Source: Ramlibacter sp. (lineage in GTDB: Bacteria; Pseudomonadota; Gammaproteobacteria; Burkholderiales; Burkholderiaceae_C). Taken from it: DNA of 64,000 bases. Numbering within the stretch: the first letter of the stretch is position 1; every line of letters starts with the position of its first letter. A program made the translations under genes and the position numbers. Shown here piece after piece: positions 56,146 to 64,000 of the stretch. The notes under the pieces are model-generated. The model was not told the origin of the DNA. It did no database searches and was given only the letters and a program-made list of their open reading frames with translations. Where the stretch lies: positions 1,648 to 65,647 of the forward strand of contig JBKJOM010000132.1 of NCBI GenBank assembly GCA_046595775.1, in the 5' to 3' direction.

Positions 56146-57372
56146 GTGCAATCCACTGACACTTCGCCAGGTAACCGTACGGCATGGCTGATGCTGCTGA
56201 TCCTGATTGGCGGCTTCGCCCTCAGCCAGGCCTTTCGCACCGCGGCCTCCCTCATGGCGCCATCACTGGCACAGACCTTTTCGCTGTCGCCGCAGCAGCT
56301 GGGCCTGTTCGCCGCGGCCTTTCACTTCTCGTTTGCGGGCCTGCAGCTGTTCATGGGCATGGCCATCGACATCTATGGGCCGCGCCGCACCATCGTCGCA
56401 GTCTTTCCTCTGTCCATCGTCGGCGCGCTGGTGATGGCGGCTGCGCCGAGCTACGGCGTGCTGATCCTGGGCCAGGTGCTCACCGGCATCGGGTGCGGCC
56501 CGGCCTTCCTGGTTTGCACGGTGTTCATCGCCCGCAGCTTTCCGTCGGGGCGGTTCGCGGCAGTGAACGGCGCTGCGCTGGGCATCGGCTCGGTGGGATT
56601 GCTTCTCACCGGCACTCCGCTGGCATGGATCATCGAGGCTTCGTCGTGGCGCGCGGGCTTCGTCGCGCTGGCCATCATTGCGGCTGCGGCATGGGTGGCG
56701 ATCTTCGTTTTCGTGCGCGACGGTACCGACACCCCCGAGCCGCGGCAGAAACTCAACGTGATCGCCGCGCTGCGCGGTTATGGCGAGCTGTTCCGGCTGC
56801 CGCACACGATCGGCATCTTTGCGCTCGCGCTAACCACGTATTCATCGTTCATGGCTTTGCGCGGCCTCTGGCTGGGCCCGATGCTGATCGAGCGCCACGG
56901 CTTCAGCCTGGTGCAGGCCGGCAACGTGGCCATCGCGATCTCGGTCGTGGGCATGATGAGCCCCCCGCTGTTCGGACGCATCGACCCCGGCGAGCGGCGG
57001 CGCCGCACCTGGATCATGGCGTGCGCGCTGGGCAACGCCGCGATCTTCGTCGCGATGGCGCTGCACCCTGGCGCAGTGGGCGACGTGTTTCTGGCACTGT
57101 TGGTCAGCCTGCTGGCCGGCTTCGGCACGCTGCAATACGCCGACGTGCGCTCGGCCTACCCACCGCACATGACAGGTCGCGCGATGGCCATCTTCACGAT
57201 GGCGATGTTCCTGGGCGTGGCCGTGATGCAGTGGTTCACCGGCGCCGTCGCCAACGCCGCTCATGCCATGGGTGTGGAGACTTATGCGGCGGTACTGGGC
57301 GCGATCGCTGTGTCGCTTTCCCTGGGCGCATTGGCTTTCAAGGTGTTGCCGGCTCCGCCAAGGAACACCTGA
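56146..57372 (+). CDS. MFS transporter
   Basis: About 12 TM helices; DIYGPRR motif. Confidence 0.88.
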   Translation: MQSTDTSPGNRTAWLMLLILIGGFALSQAFRTAASLMAPSLAQTFSLSPQQLGLFAAAFHFSFAGLQLFMGMAIDIYGPRRTIVAVFPLSIVGALVMAAAPSYGVLILGQVLTGIGCGPAFLVCTVFIARSFPSGRFAAVNGAALGIGSVGLLLTGTPLAWIIEASSWRAGFVALAIIAAAAWVAIFVFVRDGTDTPEPRQKLNVIAALRGYGELFRLPHTIGIFALALTTYSSFMALRGLWLGPMLIERHGFSLVQAGNVAIAISVVGMMSPPLFGRIDPGERRRRTWIMACALGNAAIFVAMALHPGAVGDVFLALLVSLLAGFGTLQYADVRSAYPPHMTGRAMAIFTMAMFLGVAVMQWFTGAVANAAHAMGVETYAAVLGAIAVSLSLGALAFKVLPAPPRNT

Positions 57373-57470
57373 TCACTTGCCAGGTCAACTTGGCATTTGT
57401 GCGGGCTTGAGGTTAACCCGGTCCGACAGTACGATGCGCCCTTTCCCCCACATCGTCCAAAAGGAAAGCA

Positions 57471-58163
57471 ATGCGCAAGTCCGTTTTGACTGGCTCCCTC
57501 GCACTGGCAGGCATCTTCGTAGCAGCTTGCGCCACCGCCCCGTCGGGTCCTGCCGGCATGAGCTTCTTCATCTCCAGTGCCAACCCCGGCAAGGGCGGCG
57601 ACCTCGGGGGGCTCGAAGGCGCCGACAAGTTCTGCCAGTCGCTGGCACAGGCAGCCGGCGCGGGTGGCCGCACCTGGCGCGCCTACCTCAGCACGCAGGC
57701 CCCGGCACTGAACAGCCCCGACTTCGTCAACGCTCGCGACCGGATCGGTGCCGGGCCTTGGTACAACGCCAAGGGCGGGCTCATCGCCCGCAACGTGGCC
57801 GAGCTGCACTCCGATGCGAACGGCATCAGCAAGGACATGGCGTTCGACGAAAAGGGCAACGCCGTCAACGACCGGACCAAGACGCCGAGCATGCACGACA
57901 TCCTCACCGGTTCGCGCCCGGACGGCACGGCATACGCGGGCGGCGCGGGCGGTGGCGTGCCCTTTCCCGACATGACGTGCGGCAACTGGACGAAGAGCAC
58001 CACCGATGGCTCGGCGATGACAGGGCACTTCGACAAGGCCGGCTCCATCGCAGCGCCGTGGGCCACCTCATGGAACTCGAGCCACCCGACGATCGGCTGC
58101 AGCATGGAGCGCATTCGCCCCACCGGCGGCGATGGCCGCCTGTACTGTTTCGCGGCGAACTGA
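57471..58163 (+). CDS. Lectin-like (DUF1554/endostatin-like) lipoprotein
   Basis: VAAC lipobox; GDLGGLEGADKFCQ, WRAYLS, HDILTGS, TCGNWT, RLYCFA. Confidence 0.8.
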   Translation: MRKSVLTGSLALAGIFVAACATAPSGPAGMSFFISSANPGKGGDLGGLEGADKFCQSLAQAAGAGGRTWRAYLSTQAPALNSPDFVNARDRIGAGPWYNAKGGLIARNVAELHSDANGISKDMAFDEKGNAVNDRTKTPSMHDILTGSRPDGTAYAGGAGGGVPFPDMTCGNWTKSTTDGSAMTGHFDKAGSIAAPWATSWNSSHPTIGCSMERIRPTGGDGRLYCFAAN

Positions 58164-58196
58164 GCCCGGCGCGATGGCAAGGCCGGTGCCGGCGCT

Positions 58197-61100
58197 TCAA
58201 AGGGTGTAGACCATCCCGTTCTGGATCGCACCGATCACGTTCGCCTGGTTCTCGGGTGACTCCGAGAATTGCACCAACAAGTAGTTGCGGGGCAGGCCGA
58301 GGTTCAGGTTGTTCACATGGAAGGCCAGGCCGCCGGGGTCGGCGTCGCGGTCCAGTACGTTCAGGTAGAGCTGGTTGACGAACTGTGCGTTGCTCAGGTT
58401 CCCGTATCGGGCCTGGAATTCCGGGCTCTCGATAAAGTTGGCCGCGATGTCCGTGATCCCGAAGCCGATGTCCAGCACGTTGATCTGGAAGCCCAGGCCC
58501 CCGATGTCTGGGGCGCGGTCCAGCGCTGACTTGTACAGTCGGTAGGCTTGGCCGCCATTGCCAGTGATGTCGAGCGCGACGTAGAAATCGTCGAAGTGCA
58601 GGCGCTCGACACTCAGCAGCGAGTCGAGTCCATTGGGCCCCGAGACTAGTGCGTCGTCGCCATTGCGCACGATCGTGTACGCAGACCGCAGCCCGCTGAA
58701 ATTGGCCTGGTCTCGCCCGTCCCCACCCGAGAGCACATCGTCCCCCAGGCCACCGGTGAGCGTGTCGTTGCCGGCCAATGCATGGATGTTGTCGTTGCCT
58801 GCAGTTCCGGACAGCGCTTCGGCGGATGCGGTGCCGGTGATCGTGGGGCCGAGGGTTGAGAAGTTGTACAGGGCCGTGCCGACGTAGGGGTTGCCGGCCA
58901 GGTCCTGCAACGTGCCCGCGGCGAACTCCAGGCGGTAGCCTGTGCCCTCCACCAGGTCGGCGGTGGGGTCGACGGTGATGATGCTGCCCGAGACCGTCAC
59001 GTGGCTGCTGCTCGCCGCATTGAAGGTCTCAACGACGGTGCCCGACGCAGTCTTCAGGACGATGTTGCCGCTGCCTCGCTGCATCGCCTCGCCAAAGGTC
59101 AAGGTGAAGTTGCCGCCCAGCGGTACAGCGATGCTTTCATCTGCGGGACTGAAGGTGTTGACGGTGGGCGCCGCAGTGTCCACGATGAAGCCGGCCTGGT
59201 CGGGCACCAAGGCCTGCAACAACACCGCTGCGTTGCCGCCCGCATCCGTCAACGCGCCGCCGTTCAGCCGCAGGGCGTTGGCTGGCAGCGAGACGCCGTT
59301 CGCGTCGTTCTGGCCCGCGAGCAGCGTATAGGTGAACACCAGCGTATCGGTGCCGCTGCCGGAGACGAAGGCGGCCTGCACCTGCGTGCCCCCGATATCG
59401 AGGGTGAGCCCGGGCACATCGGTGAGGTAGGCCACTTCGCTCAGCTTGACGGTGGCCGTCAGCACGTCGCCGGCATTGAACCGCCCGCCGATGCCGCCAA
59501 CGCCTGAAGCGATGGCGGTCGACACGATCGACGGCGCCACCTTGTTGCTGGAGAGGGTCAGGCTGTAGCCAAGCACGGGGTTCACGCCGCTGGTCTGCAC
59601 CTGCACATACACATCGTCGATCTGCCGCGCAAACTCCAGGTGCAAGTCGCCAGGGGCTGCGGATTGCTTGAGCAGGTTGCCGGCGATGTCGTACACCTTG
59701 ACCACGAGTAGCTGGGCGTCGCCGCCGACGCTGCTCACGTCGACGGTGTTCACGTTGGTTGCGGTCGTGCGCGCCGAGTCGACGCGGAACCAGTCGCCGC
59801 CGTCGGTGCCACTCGCAACATCGGCAGCGGTCAAGCTGAGGTTGCCGATGGTGCCGCGTACCGACAGCTCGGAACCGGTGCCCAGCTGCCATGCCTTTTC
59901 CCGGCTGTCGTTGCCTCCCGCCGCTTCCGCGAAGTCGGCCAGGGCCACCGGCTGCGCGGTGCCAAACGCGTCCATCCGCAGTTCATACCGAGGCAGCAGC
60001 GTGGCCGTGGCCGCGCTCACATGCAGCAGGTATGTGGCGCCGGCAGCCGGCGAGAAAGTGAGGACGCCCGAGGCGCCTGTTGTCTGCTCACTGAGCAAAG
60101 CCCCAGCAGCGCTGTAAAGCTGCACCTGCACGCCTGCAACGGCATCGAGGCACGACAGCACGATGCCCGGCGCGTAGCCCGCGCCAGACGGCATGGTGAA
60201 AGCGTACCAGTCGTGGTCGGTTTCCGAATCGATGTTCAGGCCACTGACCACATAGTCGTGCTGGTTGATCGTTCCCAGCTGGAAAGGCGTCTCCATCATG
60301 TCGTTGTTCGACAGCAGCGCCTTTCCGCCCAGTGACAGCGATTCGGCAAAGTCAGGCTCGCCCGGCTCGAAGAAGGCGGCCGCGGGCAACATGACGGCCC
60401 TGAACTGGTCGAGGAACGCCTTCCACTTGGTGTCCGCGAGGAAGTCGAAATGCTCGCTGGTGTACGACGCATCCATCTCCACGCCGCGCTTCGGGAACAC
60501 GATGGTGAGGCCGTTGTAGCCGCTCTTGCCGGCGGTGCGCAGCACCGCGACATCGACCGCGTCGATCACTGCCTGCGCCGCGTTGTCGATGGCGGAATTC
60601 GCACTGACAACCCGCAGCTGGCCCATGAAGTGCGCGAGGTCGACATAGTCCTTGAAGTCCGGATCTGCGACTTTCGCGCGGCCACGCGCTGTGATGACTG
60701 CGCGCCAGTCGGTGGCGTTGGCCGTTTCCATGACGGTCGCGAACGCGTCGATGGCGTGTTCGAGGGCGGCGATGTAGCCGAGATTGACCGAAGCGAGGTG
60801 TTGGTCGGCCCCGTTGGCCGCGATGTAGCTGTCCACGACCTTGCTGGCCAGGCCCGTCGAGGACGTGCTGGAGCGCAGGTAGTCGAGGATCGCCGTGTAG
60901 TCCCAGCCATCGCCGGGCTCGGTCAGCTCCGACGCAATCATCAGCGTGGCCACCTCATCGAGCTCGGACGCCATTTCAATCGACGACATCAGGCAGGCGT
61001 CGAAGCCCACGATGTCGAACTTCAGGATGTTGCTGTTTTGGATCGCCTGGCGAACGTCCGATACCGACATGCCAGTGCCGCCCGACGAGTCGTCGAAACT

Positions 61101-64000
61101 CACGCCGGAAAGCGTGCCCCCACCATGGTCCCAGATGACCAGCATGTAGTGGTTGGCGGGCGCCTGGAGCGCCCCCCAGTTGATGAAGGACGTGAGGTTG
61201 TACGGCAGGCCCATGTTCCACTCGTCGGCGGGGACGGCGACCAGGTCGGAGAAGAGGTCGTCGGTCGTGTCGTGGCTGACGAAGCCCTGGCGCGTGTTCG
61301 ACCAGGCGCCGTGCCCCACGTCGAAGCCGCGGATGCGGTCCAGGACGATCACCGTCTCGACGCCGCTGCGGTACAGAGACTGCTCCATCTCGTTGAGGTC
61401 TTCTGTGGCCGAGGCCTCGAGGTTGTTGTCGCCGTTCATGTAGACCAGCACGGTCCACCCGTTCTTCTTGGCAGCTCCCTCCGAATGGATTTCGAGGTCG
61501 TAGCGTGCGACCGGCGCAGCCGCCGTGCTCTCGACGTTGACGAACCAGTGCCCCGCAGCGTAATCCTTGATCGAGATCGCCGCGTTCCCGTTCGAGTCCG
61601 TGAACGCCGTGCTGAACAGTGTCCCGCCGGCGTCGTAGACCCGCACCTGCACGTTCGCGCGATCGGCGTGCACATTGACTCGGTCGGAAGCGCCTCCGTT
61701 TTGCGCCAGTGTGAATTCGTAGAAGTCGCGATCGTTGACCGAGTCGATCGTCGCGCCCGTGATGGAGGCGTTCGACTCCTTGATCCGGGTGGCCGTCCCC
61801 ATCGTATTGTTGAACTCCCACGCGTCCATCGCAATCGCGGCGGGACCATTGAGGGAGATCGAGTAGTTCGGGTTCTGGGCGCCGTGGTAGCCCGCAACCC
61901 GCAGCGAGTAGTCGCCAAAGAGGCCCTTCAGGCTGACCTGTTCGAAATTACCCGATCCGCTGGACTGCGAAATCAGCGAGCCGCTGCTGTTGTACAGGAA
62001 CAGGTCCAGGTCGCCTTGCGACTGGAGGAAGTCGATGCGCGCGGTGTCGCCGGCGCGGCCAAAGTCCGAGAGCGAGAACACGAACCAGTCGTCGTCGTTC
62101 GGCTGCATCGTGAAGTTCGCGATCGTACGGGGCCCTGTGATGTCCCGCAGGTTCGTCGCCGTCTCGCGAGTGTCGTCGTTCTCGAACAAGTCGTTGCCCG
62201 GCACGGGCGGCGAGGCGTTCAACAACAGTGCGTAGTCGGGGTTCGACTGGTTGCCCGAGCCATAAACGCGAAACAGGTAGGTGCCGGGCCACAGGCCCTC
62301 GAAGCTGATTGCCTCGGTGTCACCGTTGCCGGTGGACTGCCTCATCACGGTAGTGCCTGCAGCGTTGTACAGCTGCATGTCGATGTCGCCCAGCTCGTCG
62401 TTGAGGAACAGCTGGATGCCCTCGCCGGCCTTGCCGATATTGCTGATAGTGAACTTGTACCAGTCGTCGTCGTTGGACTGCACTGTGAGGCCCGACACGA
62501 TCTGGGAACCCGAGATCGTCCGCAAGTCGGTGGCCGTGGCGGCCGTGTCGTTGTTCTCGTAGCGGTCGGCGGCCACCAGCGATGGGGCGACTTTCACGGT
62601 CAGGTCGTAACTCGGGTTCGTCGCGCCGTTGTAGCCGAATGCCCGCAACAGGTAGCTGCCAGCTGCCAGCCCTTGCAGGCTGACCGATTCGGTGTCGCCC
62701 ACGGTGGCCGACGATGCCAGGAGCGTGGTTCCCGCCGAGTTGTACAGCTCCAGGTCGACGTCGCCCTGCGAGTGCTTGAAGAAAATCGTTGCCGCATCGC
62801 CGGCCTGGCCCGTGCCGGGCAGCGTGAAGCGAAACCAGTCCGAGTCGCCTGCCTGCGCCGACAGGTTGTACTTGCTGACCGTGTTGATGATGGTGCGCAG
62901 GTCGAACGCCGTGGCGGGCGTGTCGTTCTCCTCATAGCGATCGGCGATGACCGCAGGCGCCGCGGCGAGCGTGAGCGAATAGTCCGGGTTGCCGGCACCG
63001 TTGTAGCCGAACACCCGCGCGCGGTATTCGCCCGCGAACAGGCCCGACAGGTCGATCGACTCGCTGTTGCCCGAGCCCGTCGACCGGCGCAGCAAGGTGG
63101 TGCCGGCTGCGTCGTACAGTTCCAGGTCGATGTCGCCCGCCGCGTTGTTGAACGCGACGGAGAAGCTGTCCCCGTTGCGGCCCGCAGCCGCCAGCGTGAA
63201 GCGATACCAATCCGATTCGTTGGTCTCGGCCGTGAGTGTTGCCTCGGTGCGCGTGCCACCGGCGGTCCCCAGGTTGGTTGCGGTCCCCGCGGTGTCGTTC
63301 TGCTCGAACCGGTCCGCAGCGATGCCGGCGGGGGCAACGGAAAGCCGCAGCGTGTAGTCGGGGTTGCTGGCGCCGTTCAGTCCGCCCACCACCACCGCGT
63401 ACTCGCCCGCCGCGAGGCCCGACAGGCTGACTTGCTCGGTGTCTGCTGTGGTGGCGGACGTGGAGATCAGCGTCTGCGTCGTGAAGTTGAACAGGGCGAT
63501 ATCGATGTCGCCCAGCACCTGCGAGAAGCTCACGCGCACGTAGTCGATGGCTTTGCCGGTGCCGGCGAGCGTGAAGCGGTACCAGTCGGCGTCGTTCGCT
63601 TCCGCCGTGAGGTGCGTCTCGGTGCGCGTGCCGCTGACGAGGCCAAGCGCCGTGGCCGTGAGGTAGGTGTCGTTCTGCTCGAAGCGGTCGGCGGCGGGCG
63701 TGGCACTGGCCACCGCAAGGGTGAGCGAATAGTCGGGGTTGGCTACGCCCTGGTAGCCGAAGACCCGCACGTAGTAGTCGCCCGCGGCCAGCCCCGCGAG
63801 GCTGACTCGCTCGGAGTTCTCGCTGCCCGCTGAAGTCAACAGCACGGTGGTGCCGTTGGCGGCATACAGCTGCATGTCCACGTCGCCGTTGGCATGCGTG
63901 AAAGCCAGCGCCACCGCGTCGCCTTCGCGGCCTGGCGCTGCGAGCGTGAAGCGGTACCAGTCGTCGTCGCCCGCCTGGATGGTGAGGTGCTCGTGCGTGA
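58197..64000 (-). CDS. Giant secreted protein, start beyond window: PPC repeats + clostripain (C11) + PPC + Ig-like + RTX + DUF4214
   Basis: Frame open to the window end; repeated DRxExND...DWYRFTL...DxDLxLY units; WTVLVYMNGDNNLE, WDHGGG, GFDACLM; GGxGxD repeats; RLYKSALDRAPD and FIESPEF. Confidence 0.9.
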   Translation of the reverse strand, partial: THEHLTIQAGDDDWYRFTLAAPGREGDAVALAFTHANGDVDMQLYAANGTTVLLTSAGSENSERVSLAGLAAGDYYVRVFGYQGVANPDYSLTLAVASATPAADRFEQNDTYLTATALGLVSGTRTETHLTAEANDADWYRFTLAGTGKAIDYVRVSFSQVLGDIDIALFNFTTQTLISTSATTADTEQVSLSGLAAGEYAVVVGGLNGASNPDYTLRLSVAPAGIAADRFEQNDTAGTATNLGTAGGTRTEATLTAETNESDWYRFTLAAAGRNGDSFSVAFNNAAGDIDLELYDAAGTTLLRRSTGSGNSESIDLSGLFAGEYRARVFGYNGAGNPDYSLTLAAAPAVIADRYEENDTPATAFDLRTIINTVSKYNLSAQAGDSDWFRFTLPGTGQAGDAATIFFKHSQGDVDLELYNSAGTTLLASSATVGDTESVSLQGLAAGSYLLRAFGYNGATNPSYDLTVKVAPSLVAADRYENNDTAATATDLRTISGSQIVSGLTVQSNDDDWYKFTISNIGKAGEGIQLFLNDELGDIDMQLYNAAGTTVMRQSTGNGDTEAISFEGLWPGTYLFRVYGSGNQSNPDYALLLNASPPVPGNDLFENDDTRETATNLRDITGPRTIANFTMQPNDDDWFVFSLSDFGRAGDTARIDFLQSQGDLDLFLYNSSGSLISQSSGSGNFEQVSLKGLFGDYSLRVAGYHGAQNPNYSISLNGPAAIAMDAWEFNNTMGTATRIKESNASITGATIDSVNDRDFYEFTLAQNGGASDRVNVHADRANVQVRVYDAGGTLFSTAFTDSNGNAAISIKDYAAGHWFVNVESTAAAPVARYDLEIHSEGAAKKNGWTVLVYMNGDNNLEASATEDLNEMEQSLYRSGVETVIVLDRIRGFDVGHGAWSNTRQGFVSHDTTDDLFSDLVAVPADEWNMGLPYNLTSFINWGALQAPANHYMLVIWDHGGGTLSGVSFDDSSGGTGMSVSDVRQAIQNSNILKFDIVGFDACLMSSIEMASELDEVATLMIASELTEPGDGWDYTAILDYLRSSTSSTGLASKVVDSYIAANGADQHLASVNLGYIAALEHAIDAFATVMETANATDWRAVITARGRAKVADPDFKDYVDLAHFMGQLRVVSANSAIDNAAQAVIDAVDVAVLRTAGKSGYNGLTIVFPKRGVEMDASYTSEHFDFLADTKWKAFLDQFRAVMLPAAAFFEPGEPDFAESLSLGGKALLSNNDMMETPFQLGTINQHDYVVSGLNIDSETDHDWYAFTMPSGAGYAPGIVLSCLDAVAGVQVQLYSAAGALLSEQTTGASGVLTFSPAAGATYLLHVSAATATLLPRYELRMDAFGTAQPVALADFAEAAGGNDSREKAWQLGTGSELSVRGTIGNLSLTAADVASGTDGGDWFRVDSARTTATNVNTVDVSSVGGDAQLLVVKVYDIAGNLLKQSAAPGDLHLEFARQIDDVYVQVQTSGVNPVLGYSLTLSSNKVAPSIVSTAIASGVGGIGGRFNAGDVLTATVKLSEVAYLTDVPGLTLDIGGTQVQAAFVSGSGTDTLVFTYTLLAGQNDANGVSLPANALRLNGGALTDAGGNAAVLLQALVPDQAGFIVDTAAPTVNTFSPADESIAVPLGGNFTLTFGEAMQRGSGNIVLKTASGTVVETFNAASSSHVTVSGSIITVDPTADLVEGTGYRLEFAAGTLQDLAGNPYVGTALYNFSTLGPTITGTASAEALSGTAGNDNIHALAGNDTLTGGLGDDVLSGGDGRDQANFSGLRSAYTIVRNGDDALVSGPNGLDSLLSVERLHFDDFYVALDITGNGGQAYRLYKSALDRAPDIGGLGFQINVLDIGFGITDIAANFIESPEFQARYGNLSNAQFVNQLYLNVLDRDADPGGLAFHVNNLNLGLPRNYLLVQFSESPENQANVIGAIQNGMVYTL

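Overview
High-GC betaproteobacterial chromosome segment, probably Comamonadaceae (Ramlibacter/Caenimonas/Variovorax-like; inferred from gene content, not from a search). Bases 1-12.4 kb are core genes: relA (cut by the window edge), a probable 3HB-oligomer hydrolase, bdhA, ompR/envZ-like pair, ispDF, mfd, serB. The rest is a metabolic, envelope and signalling mosaic. I saw no rRNA, tRNA, CRISPR array, IS or prophage. Best candidate for an undescribed system (36.6-45.1 kb): a translationally coupled 2143-aa hybrid kinase with 8 tandem GAF domains plus a degenerate ninth, an Hpt, and a receiver-class III nucleotide cyclase with Gln at the usual ATP-specifying Lys. It converges on a membrane cNMP-binding protein with no DNA-binding domain. 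Other highlights: a >1900-aa secreted PPC-repeat/clostripain/RTX/DUF4214 protein; a family of ~125-bp palindromic REP-like elements; a recurrent TGTAGGA/TCCTACA intergenic motif; an aldo-keto reductase broken by one in-frame TGA; an unannotated DUF2721 relic; and a Pro-Ala-stalked 7-bladed propeller lipoprotein. Family assignments come from motifs recognised by eye and need HMM confirmation.
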